50,380 nt of DNA from a virus (IMGVR_UViG_3300032360_000014:1-50380); one strand, 5' to 3'. Shown: positions 1 through 8,530, counted from the stretch's first letter. Translations and numbers: made by a program. The notes: a model not told the origin generated them from the letters alone.

Positions 1-127
1 GCACCGTGCACAAGTAACTTATACAGTTAAAGTGCAAACGTCTTTTTTATAAAGTGCCTGCGCACTGTTATAAAGTGCAAAATTATTTACAGCTAACTAG
101 ATACAACTAATTTATTGATACGCACAG
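1..127. repeat. Terminal direct repeat, copy 1 (circular-assembly overlap)
   Basis: 1-127 is identical to 50254-50380; 127 bp matches a common assembler k-mer overlap, so the element is circular. Confidence 0.95.
28..78 (+). repeat. Three TAAAGTGC repeats at 21-22 bp spacing; likely RepA binding sites in the origin downstream of the IncFII-like repA
   Basis: TAAAGTGC at 28, 50 and 71; across the circular junction they follow repA (ends 50117) and a DnaA box (50220-50228). Confidence 0.5.
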
Positions 128-573
128 CAAGCTGTGTATAAATGAAATCCGCTTCGACGAGCTAACGCCCGTGGCGGTATAATTAGATGATGTAGCCCAT
201 CTAGCAACAAAAAGACGTTGCTGGGGCTCCCCTGCCCCGTTCTTAGCCTTCGTGGATCACTTATCCTTTGTGTGGCCTTAGCCCTAGTGCATTTTTTGGT
301 TTATCAAGGGGGCAATTGCAATCCGCATTCCAAGCTTGCGCTGTTTTGCCCGTTCACATTGAGAACAATTAACTGCATCGCACAGGGTTGCGGGCGCTGC
401 CCTTTCATGGCCTGCGGCCATTGAGTGCCCGTCGATACAGCGGGGGTCTATGTAAGTGTTTGCATGTATTCCTGCCGTGTCACTTCATCGTGTAAGGGCT
501 GGTGTTTTTGTAACCGTTCTTTTAAAGTAAGTTGCAACAAAAATTATCAGTAAAGCGATAAGGACTATCAGCC

Positions 574-840
574 ATGGTAACAAAAGCCTATGACCTGGGG
601 CGGCGCGCCCGCGCGTATTCTGACAACCCCTACGAAATAGATTCAGCCGAGTACAACGACTTTGAGCGGGGCCACACCCAAAAAATCCGCGCAGGGGGTA
701 CAACGGGTAGTAATGCCTACGCCCATTTTGGTAGTCAGTTCGACAGCGCCGTAGAATGGTCAGACTTAAAACGCAGTCGGCCCGTTAAAGACAAGCCTGC
801 GGTTAAAGTAAACAGTTACGCGCAAGCAAAAAAGAAATAA
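574..840 (+). CDS. Small hypothetical protein, possible RMF/CrpP-like fold
   Basis: AGGA RBS upstream; AYxxGxxA...NPY...Y..F..G pattern. Confidence 0.6.
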   Translation: MVTKAYDLGRRARAYSDNPYEIDSAEYNDFERGHTQKIRAGGTTGSNAYAHFGSQFDSAVEWSDLKRSRPVKDKPAVKVNSYAQAKKK

Positions 841-851
841 AGTGCCAGATC

Positions 852-1265
852 TTAACTCATTTTTCTTTGCAAGCTTGAATTGTTTCGAAACAAGCGCACA
901 GAAGAGATCACAACGCCTTCTAGCTGAAAGTTATCGCATTCGCCAATGCTTACCGGGGCGTAAATCGAAGAGGCTGATCTCAAAACCCGATGCTGAATAT
1001 CTAGCAGTTTACACACAAATTCATTGTTGTAATTGGCAACGATCACATCATTTTGTTGTGGCATTACCGCTCTATCAACCACCAGTACATCGCCATCAAA
1101 AATGCCAACGCCTTGCATCGAATCACCAGCGGCCAGACCAACAAACGTGGCGCTTGGGTGTTTAATTAACAACTGATCTAGTGTTAGCTTAAGCTCTTTG
1201 TATTCAGAAGCCGGAGACTCAAAACCAGTAATACCGGCTTGCGCCTTAATAGGAATAACTTTCAT
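852..1265 (-). CDS. umuD: UmuD-like S24 peptidase (standalone, no umuC)
   Basis: GFESPA cleavage region, GDSM catalytic Ser, FVCK catalytic Lys, IFDGDVLVVDR. Confidence 0.9.
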   Translation of the reverse strand: MKVIPIKAQAGITGFESPASEYKELKLTLDQLLIKHPSATFVGLAAGDSMQGVGIFDGDVLVVDRAVMPQQNDVIVANYNNEFVCKLLDIQHRVLRSASSIYAPVSIGECDNFQLEGVVISSVRLFRNNSSLQRKMS

Positions 1266-1283
1266 AAAATCGAACCCAAAAAA

Positions 1284-1299
1284 CTGTTCATATATACAG
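1284..1299. promoter_or_regulatory. LexA (SOS) box upstream of umuD
   Basis: CTGTTCATATATACAG fits CTGT-N8-ACAG, 18 bp from the umuD start. Confidence 0.9.
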
Positions 1300-1421
1300 T
1301 ATAAATGAGTTGTAAGTGCTTTGCTATTGTGGGTTTGTCACTCGTGTCTTTTCAATATGGCCCATTTTTAAAGGGCTGGCGCGAAATTTTAAAAAAAAGT
1401 TAAAAAAGATTAATAAATAAC

Positions 1422-1450
1422 TTGCTTTTGTTCGCGATTGCGAACATAAT
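1422..1450 (+). promoter_or_regulatory. acr promoter with Aca2 operator (IR1)
   Basis: -35 TTGCTT (1422-1427), 17 bp spacer, -10 CATAAT (1445-1450); perfect inverted repeat TGTTCGC-GATT-GCGAACA (1429-1446) between them. Confidence 0.85.
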
Positions 1451-1460
1451 TTAACTCGAA

Positions 1461-1495
1461 GCTTACGCAATAGTGCGAAGCAACTCTAAAGAGAG
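1461..1495 (+). promoter_or_regulatory. 5' UTR stem-loops (IR2 and RBS hairpin) of the acr mRNA
   Basis: GCTT-a-CGCA-atag-TGCG-AAGC (1461-1481) and CTCT-aaag-AGAG (1484-1495) over the RBS; Aca2 is known to also bind leader RNA hairpins. Confidence 0.6.
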
Positions 1496-1502
1496 ATTCA
1501 AA

Positions 1503-1895
1503 ATGACTACATCTAATGCATTTGAACAAGCTAAAAAGTTCTACACAGACAATAAAGAAGTGCTCTTAAACGTGATGCTTGAAGAGTTCACCGGCTCTAT
1601 TGACTTCCAAGAAGAATACAATCAAGTAGCTGTATGGTTTGATGGCTTCGTTATTTGCTTTCAAGATAGCGATATGAACGGAGACGGAAAAGGTAAGGCG
1701 CACTGGGATAATGAAGGTGCAAATTCTGGGCTTGATGATTTGCTCGATATTTTAAAGCTGGATGAGAGATTTTCTCTGCTAGTTGCTAGCGATGAGTATT
1801 GGGAAAATGAGTATTTGAGAACTCTAATTAATGATTTCTGTTCTAAATACGCAGAAATAAACGATATAGAGTCAATGTTTTCAAACGAAGAGTAA
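1503..1895 (+). CDS. Candidate anti-CRISPR/anti-defence protein (130 aa, very acidic)
   Basis: Small D/E-rich ORF directly between an Aca2-operator promoter and aca2; ATG 1503 follows a GAGAG RBS. Confidence 0.75.
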   Translation: MTTSNAFEQAKKFYTDNKEVLLNVMLEEFTGSIDFQEEYNQVAVWFDGFVICFQDSDMNGDGKGKAHWDNEGANSGLDDLLDILKLDERFSLLVASDEYWENEYLRTLINDFCSKYAEINDIESMFSNEE

Positions 1896-1904
1896 TTATA
1901 TTTT

Positions 1905-1923
1905 AGCGGCTAAGGCCGCTTTT
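1905..1923 (+). terminator. Weak intrinsic terminator between acr and aca2
   Basis: AGCGGC-TAAG-GCCGCT followed by a short T run. Confidence 0.6.
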
Positions 1924-1936
1924 ATATGGAGTTTTT

Positions 1937-2425
1937 ATGAGTTGGTCAAAACTAAACAACTTTGAATTGCAGGCGTTGCGTAAATTACTGTGTCTTGATG
2001 TAAGCGAAGCGGCTGAGTTCGTTGGTAAAGTAGCTAATAGAACGTGGCAGTACTGGGAATCTGGCCGCAGCCAAGTGCCAGTAGATATTGATTCTACGAT
2101 GTATGGTTTACTGTCACAAAGAAACCAAGTGATCACTGAAATATTGTTAGAAACGCATGAGAAAGGCTGCGTGGGAGTTTTAAAGTGGTATCACACATTT
2201 GATGCTTTTGCTGTTGATTACCCGCATTGCACAAAGCTTATGTGGCGCTTACACCAGAGCGTGTTGGCGCATTTCTTTGCTGAGGGTGGCGAAGTTGGCT
2301 TAGAAGCTGATATACCGGTCAATAAAGAGTCATATATTTATAAATGGTTCAATGGCTTAACAGAGCAGCAAATTGAAGATGCCAAGGACGAAGAAATATT
2401 TAGAAAAAAAGGGATTATTGATTAA
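1937..2425 (+). CDS. aca2: Aca2/YdiL (DUF1870) HTH regulator, anti-CRISPR-associated
   Basis: ELQALRKLLCLDVSEAAEFVGKV..RTWQYWESGRSQVP and WRLHQSVLA closely match phage Aca2 proteins as I recall them. Confidence 0.88.
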   Translation: MSWSKLNNFELQALRKLLCLDVSEAAEFVGKVANRTWQYWESGRSQVPVDIDSTMYGLLSQRNQVITEILLETHEKGCVGVLKWYHTFDAFAVDYPHCTKLMWRLHQSVLAHFFAEGGEVGLEADIPVNKESYIYKWFNGLTEQQIEDAKDEEIFRKKGIID

Positions 2426-2564
2426 GTTATGGCAGGAATTGAAAGCGACTACTCGGGCTGTCGCTTTCACGTGCTTACTGTTCTTCACTTAGTTGGTACA
2501 GTAAAACGCGGTCGTAATAACGAAATAAGTTGCATTAATAGCGCCTTTTTTATGGGCTGAGTTA

Positions 2565-2843
2565 TTATTGCTCGTCATTGATACCTAGAAATTCACCCAG
2601 CGTCATGTCTCGCAATTCTGGGTATTTCTCAACAAACAACCCTAAAAAATCAAGCCCCGGATTGCCTCGCCCTACCCTTATTCTGTTTGTAAACGCGTTC
2701 AGTTCGCTTTGACTCGTAGGCTCTCGGTCATAGAGCTGTTTGAACAAGTCTCGATTGCTGCCTTGCCCTTTTAAGCTGATTAATATTTTCAAGCCCGCTT
2801 CAATGTGCTGCCTGTTTATTTCTGTCTTTGCCATTTTATGCAT
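2565..2843 (-). CDS. Small helical DNA-binding protein (probable repressor), divergent from operator array
   Basis: HTH-like helical pattern; transcribed away from the 4-operator array at 2885-2976. Confidence 0.6.
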   Translation of the reverse strand: MHKMAKTEINRQHIEAGLKILISLKGQGSNRDLFKQLYDREPTSQSELNAFTNRIRVGRGNPGLDFLGLFVEKYPELRDMTLGEFLGINDEQ

Positions 2844-2884
2844 TCTTTTTTGTCTTTGGCTGGATGATAAGCGCCTAAAGCAAT

Positions 2885-2976
2885 TAAGTCAAAAAAGATT
2901 TAAATTAATTCAAAAAAGACTTTACATTAAGTCAAAAATGATTACCATTAAGCTTAGTTAAGTCAAAAATGAATTA
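2885..2976. promoter_or_regulatory. Operator array 1: four palindromic TAAGTC-N6-GACTTA-like sites
   Basis: Sites start at 2885, 2906, 2928 and 2959; they overlap a TTTACA...TACCAT promoter-like pair. Confidence 0.8.
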
Positions 2977-2990
2977 ATAAGGATGTACAA

Positions 2991-3320
2991 ATGGCCGTTC
3001 GCTCTACAGTTTCAGCAGACATTTCTAAACACATAATTTGGATCAATTCGACTGATTTTAAATCGACAATCAGGGTCGTAAAAATCCACCGCATATTAAT
3101 GAGAGATTGGGGTTATGAAGACGGGTTTATGATTGAAGAGCACAGTAGGGGTCAGGGTATCTGCCTGACGGTTACTGACTTTAATACCATTAAAGAAATG
3201 CGTGAGCATTACGCATACGCCAAGGAAGATGAAAAAACAGAACCAACGACGCCAGAGGATATAGCCAAAGCTAGAGAGTATTACAGCCTTTACTTTGATG
3301 ATTTGGACGAAGTGGCTTAG
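2991..3320 (+). CDS. Hypothetical protein (109 aa, acidic C-terminus)
   Basis: AAGGA RBS; first gene behind operator array 1. Confidence 0.8.
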   Translation: MAVRSTVSADISKHIIWINSTDFKSTIRVVKIHRILMRDWGYEDGFMIEEHSRGQGICLTVTDFNTIKEMREHYAYAKEDEKTEPTTPEDIAKAREYYSLYFDDLDEVA

Positions 3321-3364
3321 CCACTTCATTTTTAACTCGGTTAAAATTTATTTTGGGTGTCAAT

Positions 3365-5497
3365 ATGTGGAAAATTAAAGCAAACGGTCATAATCATATA
3401 TGTGCAGATGCGTTGGTGGCTAAGCTCAATGATGTTGCGGTGTCTAATGATGAAAAGGCGCAGGCATTCAGTGAGCTTAGCTTAAAGCAAGTGGTACTTG
3501 AAGCGGCTAATGGCTTTGATATGCGTAGTCATGTGCGGGCAATATCAGAGCAAGCTATCGGCAGGATGCAAGCGCTGTTGTTAAAGGGCCACCCGCTTTT
3601 GGTGTCGATCTCTTGGGGTAAAGATTCAACGGTCTGTTTGGTGTTGCTGCTTGAAGCAATGAGGCGCATACAAGACGCGGGTATGACGTTACCTAAATGT
3701 TATGCAATAAATTCTAACACCGAGTTAGAAAACCCAGCGCTAGAAGACTATTTCGAGTGGATGCAAAATAACTTAACTGTTTTTGCGTCTAGTAATAATT
3801 TACCGCTTGAGTTTTTGCAAGCGACCCCGCCGATCACCTCAAGCTTTTTTTATACTACCATCGGGCGCGGAAAACTGCCGCGCTATCCAGGTATGAAGCG
3901 TGATTGTAGTGTTGACTGGAAAATAAACCCGATCATCAAAGTTAAGAAGTCTTTGCCTGTCACCGACATGACTAAAATATCGGTGGTTGGTACGCGTATC
4001 AATGAATCAGAGGAGCGTAAAAAGCGCATGTCTGAACGCGGTGATAACGCCATTGATATTTTAACGAATGATGATGGCGATGAATATATCACTCCAATTG
4101 CTGATTGGGAGTTAGAGGACGTGTGGGGGTTGCTGGCTTACTGTGACCAACGAACTGAGCGCACGCTATACCGCACATTTGTAAATAACTTTGATGAATG
4201 TATCGAGATTTACAAAGATGCAAACGCGGGCGAGTGTGTGGCTGCGCTGGGTGACAAAGATTTAAATGGCGCAGCGTGTGGCGCGCGGTTTGGTTGTTGG
4301 AATTGCGTTGCATCAGGTGAACAGGATAAATCAATGCAATCTATGATTGCCAGTAATCCAGATAAATATGGTCATCTTGCGCCTGTTGCTAAGCTGCGCG
4401 ATTGGATTTATTCACTTAGATTTGATTTAAAGCGACGTACATGGCTCGGCCGTAGCTATGACAAAGAAACCAAGTACATTGTATTGCACCCTGATTATTT
4501 GGATTTTTACACCCGCCGTGACTTATTGCGTTATATGTTGACCATTCAAGCCGAGGAAAACGAATGGGCCAATGAGCATAATGAAGAAATTGTGCGGTTT
4601 AACCTATTCAAGTTCAAACACATTATTGCCATTGATTTTATGTGGTCAATGTACTGCGATGCCCCGCACGCTTTTAGCGCTTTGCATGAGTATTATCAAA
4701 TTATGTATTTAGGCAGGCGCTACCCTTTGCCAGAAGTTATTTATCAGCCAGCAAAAACGAGCGTGCCACCAAAGCGCTGGTTTAAGTTACCAGAGGGGTC
4801 GGTCGTGCCTTGGACTGGTATTGCTGGTCTAAATGACCCCTACGAGATACACATTGGCAAAAAAATACGCGGTAACGCCGAGCCTACTTACATCAAAGAT
4901 CGTACCACAGGAGAGCAAAAGGAAATCATTCCGTTTGATGTAGCACCTGCAATGGAGGTCGATATTATCGAGGCTTGCACAATGATAAGTCGTTATTGTG
5001 AAACTAAAATGGCGATTGAAACCACGGGGAGCACGGCAATTGAAGGCGCAATGTATTATCTTAATATGGGTATTATCAAGCTGGGTCGAGCGCAAGCCTC
5101 GGGTTTAGATGAAATGCTACAGAAAGCACAGTTTTGGAGTCAATTAAGAGATAAGTTAAATTTACTGAATGTAGAAAAGTACGCGCTAGATAACAGTATC
5201 AGCGACGAAGAACACACCGCCTTAAAACAGCATAGCCGCAATGTCATTCCGATTAAAATGGTTGAGGAATTAGTCGACTCTAAAATCAAACCAGTCGCGG
5301 CAGATGTAAGCAAAAGTCACGCTGCTAAAGGTGCATACGTCACGCATAAAATCAGAACAGAAAAAACAGCATTAAAAATCCAAGCCGCGATAGCGCAGAT
5401 AAAACGAAAAGGCGAACCAATCACGCGCACTGCTGTTGCTCAAATAGTTGGTATATCGAGAGAGCAAATATCAAGACGATATAATCACTGCTTTTAA
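3365..5497 (+). CDS. DndC-like PAPS reductase/PP-loop family protein with C-terminal HTH
   Basis: SWGKDS PP-loop, RDCSVDWKINP, GTRINES, PIADW, CGARFGCWNC cluster motif; C-terminal ITRTAVAQIVGISREQISRRY HTH. Confidence 0.85.
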   Translation: MWKIKANGHNHICADALVAKLNDVAVSNDEKAQAFSELSLKQVVLEAANGFDMRSHVRAISEQAIGRMQALLLKGHPLLVSISWGKDSTVCLVLLLEAMRRIQDAGMTLPKCYAINSNTELENPALEDYFEWMQNNLTVFASSNNLPLEFLQATPPITSSFFYTTIGRGKLPRYPGMKRDCSVDWKINPIIKVKKSLPVTDMTKISVVGTRINESEERKKRMSERGDNAIDILTNDDGDEYITPIADWELEDVWGLLAYCDQRTERTLYRTFVNNFDECIEIYKDANAGECVAALGDKDLNGAACGARFGCWNCVASGEQDKSMQSMIASNPDKYGHLAPVAKLRDWIYSLRFDLKRRTWLGRSYDKETKYIVLHPDYLDFYTRRDLLRYMLTIQAEENEWANEHNEEIVRFNLFKFKHIIAIDFMWSMYCDAPHAFSALHEYYQIMYLGRRYPLPEVIYQPAKTSVPPKRWFKLPEGSVVPWTGIAGLNDPYEIHIGKKIRGNAEPTYIKDRTTGEQKEIIPFDVAPAMEVDIIEACTMISRYCETKMAIETTGSTAIEGAMYYLNMGIIKLGRAQASGLDEMLQKAQFWSQLRDKLNLLNVEKYALDNSISDEEHTALKQHSRNVIPIKMVEELVDSKIKPVAADVSKSHAAKGAYVTHKIRTEKTALKIQAAIAQIKRKGEPITRTAVAQIVGISREQISRRYNHCF

Positions 5498-5529
5498 TCT
5501 TTAGCGGGCGCAAATGCACCCAAGCAAGT

Positions 5530-5623
5530 TAAGTCAAAAAAGATTTTATATTAATTCAAAAAAGACTTTTAATTAAGTCTTAAATGAATTAACATCACCC
5601 TAAGATAAGTCGAAAATGACTTG
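5530..5623. promoter_or_regulatory. Operator array 2: four TAAGTC-N6-GACTTA-like sites
   Basis: Sites start at 5530, 5552, 5574 and 5606; same order and near-identical spacing as array 1. Confidence 0.8.
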
Positions 5624-5651
5624 CCACATGCTTTTTGCTTAGGATAAAAAA

Positions 5652-7097
5652 ATGCTCTTACCAAATGAAATAGTGGTCGATAACTTTGCCGGGGGCGGCG
5701 GTGCGTCAACTGGCCTTGAGCTGGGGCTTAATCGTCATGTTGATATTGCGATTAATCATGACCCTGCGGCCATTGATATGCACAAGAAAAACCACCCAGA
5801 GACAAAGCACTATTGTGAATCAGTGTGGGACGTTAATCCGGTTGATGTATGTGCGGGTCGTCCTGTTGGTTTGGGGTGGTTTTCACCAGACTGCAAGCAT
5901 TTCTCTAAAGCTAAAGGCAATCGCCCCGTTGATAAGAATATACGCGGTTTAGCATGGGTTGTGGCACGTTGGGCGGCATTGGTGCCAATGCGTGTGTTTA
6001 TGCTTGAGAACGTAGAAGAGTTTTTGACGTGGGGGCCCGTGGTGGAGGTTTCACCTGGTAAATTTAAGCCATGCCCCGAGCGAAAAGGTGAAACGTTCGA
6101 AGGCTTTAAAAAGGCGCTCTCAACGGGCTTAGAATTAAGCCACCCAGCATGGAAGGAAATTTATCAAAGCTTATTCAGAGCGAATTTTAATTTAAAAGAA
6201 AAGCTGACCATTTTTAAACGATTAAAGGCGGGCTTAGGCTATGACTTAGAGCATCGCATTTTGTCTGCCTGTGATTTTGGCGTACCTACAACGCGCAAGC
6301 GCTTGTTCATGGTGGGTCGAAATGATGGCAAGCCGGTTGTTTGGCCTTCGCCTACGCACGGCCCAGCGGGCAGTGGTTTAGCATCGTACAAAACCGCCGC
6401 TGACATTATTGATTGGTCTATTCCTGTGCGCTCTATCTTTGGTCGCAAACGCCCATTGGCTGACGCCACAATGCGCCGTATTGCTAAGGGGATCGAGAAA
6501 TTTGTTAATTCAGATAAGGCGTATATTGTGCCGCAAAATAAAGTGGTGCCATTTATCACTGAACACGCCAATGCATCGAGCCAGCGTAATATGGATGCAA
6601 ACGAGCCTCTGCGTACCATTTGCGCGCAAGTTAAAGGTGGTCACTTTGCACTTGTGACCAGTCACATAGTTAAATTACGTGGTGATAACGTGGGTCATCG
6701 CACCGACGAGCCACTGCATACTATTTCAGCCGGTGGTAATCATCTTGGCGAAGTGCAGGCTTTCTTAGTGAAATATTACGGCACAAGTGACGCACAAGCG
6801 GCAAATGATCCATTAGGTACTGTTACGACTAAAGATAGATTCGGGCTTGTGACTATCAAGGGCGACAAATATCAAATTGTTGATATCGGCCTCAGAATGC
6901 TAGAGCCTCACGAGTTGTTCGCAGCAATGGGGTTTCCTGAGTATTACGAAATCGCCACAGACACGAATGGTAAAAAGAATACTAAAGCTAATCAAGTTTC
7001 CCGTTGTGGCAATGCCGTATGCCCGCCATTAGCGCAAGCATTGGTTGTGGCGAATATGGACGAAGACAATCAATTTAACCGCCGCATAGCGGCTTAA
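5652..7097 (+). CDS. dcm: C5 cytosine DNA methyltransferase (orphan)
   Basis: FAGGGG (motif I), SPDC (catalytic Cys, motif IV), ENV (VI), TTRKRLF (VIII), GNAVCP (X). Confidence 0.95.
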   Translation: MLLPNEIVVDNFAGGGGASTGLELGLNRHVDIAINHDPAAIDMHKKNHPETKHYCESVWDVNPVDVCAGRPVGLGWFSPDCKHFSKAKGNRPVDKNIRGLAWVVARWAALVPMRVFMLENVEEFLTWGPVVEVSPGKFKPCPERKGETFEGFKKALSTGLELSHPAWKEIYQSLFRANFNLKEKLTIFKRLKAGLGYDLEHRILSACDFGVPTTRKRLFMVGRNDGKPVVWPSPTHGPAGSGLASYKTAADIIDWSIPVRSIFGRKRPLADATMRRIAKGIEKFVNSDKAYIVPQNKVVPFITEHANASSQRNMDANEPLRTICAQVKGGHFALVTSHIVKLRGDNVGHRTDEPLHTISAGGNHLGEVQAFLVKYYGTSDAQAANDPLGTVTTKDRFGLVTIKGDKYQIVDIGLRMLEPHELFAAMGFPEYYEIATDTNGKKNTKANQVSRCGNAVCPPLAQALVVANMDEDNQFNRRIAA

Positions 7098-7128
7098 TTT
7101 TAAGTATTGGAATAATTGAGAGGGGTTC

Positions 7129-7461
7129 ATGAAAGCTAGAATTGAAAAAAAGTTATGTAAAAAACTTGTTCAACTCGCACCTAAAATTTTTAACGACGCT
7201 TGGATTGATAAAGACGTTTCAGAAAAAGCGATCAGGCAAGGTTCAAGCGTTTCTCATGTTTATTCTGTTGGCGGAGGCATTGACTATTGGGGTGAGGGTG
7301 AAGATGAATATACTGCACTTGAGCTTATGAAAATGAATTGGATGTGGTTTGGTGACTTTGACGTGCATGAAGAGGGCCATAAGTTCGAAGGTTATCCCGA
7401 CACGGGAAATTTTAAACCGACCTCTCGAAACTTATTGAGAATTGCCTCAGCGCATGGCTAA
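7129..7461 (+). CDS. Hypothetical phage protein
   Basis: GAGGGG RBS, 110-aa ORF in the co-oriented early cluster. Confidence 0.75.
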   Translation: MKARIEKKLCKKLVQLAPKIFNDAWIDKDVSEKAIRQGSSVSHVYSVGGGIDYWGEGEDEYTALELMKMNWMWFGDFDVHEEGHKFEGYPDTGNFKPTSRNLLRIASAHG

Positions 7462-7516
7462 AAAATATATGGGAAATAATCAAAGTCAGCGTTGAAAACT
7501 TAGTTGGTACGAATTC

Positions 7517-7714
7517 ATGAGTAAAAAGTTACAAGAACAGCTAGCAGCTCAAGAGGAGCAAATTGCCGCTTTAAAGTATCACAATATTAGTTTAAGGCAG
7601 TTACTTGAAGTTGTAATCAATCATTCAGAAGATCCTAGAAATGGGTTATTTGAATGTATTGGGGTGGCAATAAAGCAAGGTGAAAACCTTTGTTCAACAA
7701 TAATTAAAGTTTAA
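7517..7714 (+). CDS. Hypothetical protein
   Basis: Co-oriented 65-aa ORF with coiled-coil N-terminus. Confidence 0.6.
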   Translation: MSKKLQEQLAAQEEQIAALKYHNISLRQLLEVVINHSEDPRNGLFECIGVAIKQGENLCSTIIKV

Positions 7715-7723
7715 GGAAAGGTT

Positions 7724-7888
7724 ATGTATGTAGCGATAGGTAGAACAGTAAAATGGCAAGGAACAGTGCACACAACTATCGGTGTGGCTCCTGCTTGTAG
7801 GGTTGGTCTGGGTGAGGGTTATGCTTCACTAATTTTGATAGGCGGCACATCAAAATACGTTAATACAAAAGAACTTGAATTAATCTAG
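7724..7888 (+). CDS. Small hypothetical protein (54 aa, not in ORF track)
   Basis: AAGG RBS; MYVAIGRTVKWQG...KELELI; fills the gap between neighbours. Confidence 0.6.
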   Translation: MYVAIGRTVKWQGTVHTTIGVAPACRVGLGEGYASLILIGGTSKYVNTKELELI

Positions 7889-7899
7889 TTGGAATAATT

Positions 7900-8316
7900 A
7901 TGGATGCACTAACAAAAAAACTTAATGAATTTCACAGTCAAGATGATGGGGCATTGCTCGATCACATAAATCATGATCTGCTTTCTGGTGATTTTGGAAT
8001 TAGTCGCATACAGAGAGTATTACGAATTGGTTACAACCGCGCTGCGCATTTGGTTGATAGATCAATTGAAAGTGGCACTCTTGTACGTCCTGATGGCTAC
8101 CCACACATGGTTCGCTTTAATGATGAAATACGCAAGAAAATGGACATTAAAATGTGCGTTGTCGAGTGTTTGGAATGTGAAAAAGAGTTTGAAACCTCGC
8201 AGCGAAAACAAGGTGTCGAAACAGTTGCTTGTTCACATTGTAACTATGAACACGATATTGATACCGATGATCATGGTGATGGTCAATTTTGGTATCTTTG
8301 CCATAAAAAACAATAG
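7900..8316 (+). CDS. FtsK gamma-domain protein with C-terminal zinc ribbon
   Basis: ISRIQRVLRIGYNRAAHLVD is the FtsK-gamma signature; CLEC...CSHC. Confidence 0.8.
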   Translation: MDALTKKLNEFHSQDDGALLDHINHDLLSGDFGISRIQRVLRIGYNRAAHLVDRSIESGTLVRPDGYPHMVRFNDEIRKKMDIKMCVVECLECEKEFETSQRKQGVETVACSHCNYEHDIDTDDHGDGQFWYLCHKKQ

Positions 8317-8530
8317 TTTGAATATATATGAAGTGGCCGACAGGAAAATATAACGGGCGAAAAGTATCGGGTTTTAGGGTTTTATTTCGAGTTCGGGTTT
8401 TCCGGTGCTTTTGGATTCCTAAATTTGAGTGGAACTTTGGAGAGCCCTATCTTTTCTGGCTGGTTTTCATGATTCATTTTGAAACCGAATATAAATAGTG
8501 GAATAAAGGAAACCATAGGAAATTTTTAAA

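Noticed and set aside
94-113. Tus/Ter site near the RepA origin
   Set aside because: Only a partial match (GTTGTATCTA on the minus strand) to the Ter core; too weak to call.
1-127. Biological terminal repeat or attL/attR
   Set aside because: Exact 127-bp overlap is typical of assembler circularisation, and the phage has a cos-type packaging module elsewhere.
218-703. ORFs 218-424 (+) and 485-703 (-)
   Set aside because: No clear RBS or recognisable motif; they overlap the hairpin cluster or a better-supported gene.
3365-5497. Complete Dnd/Ssp phosphorothioation system
   Set aside because: No cysteine desulfurase, DndD ATPase, DndE or restriction components on the element.
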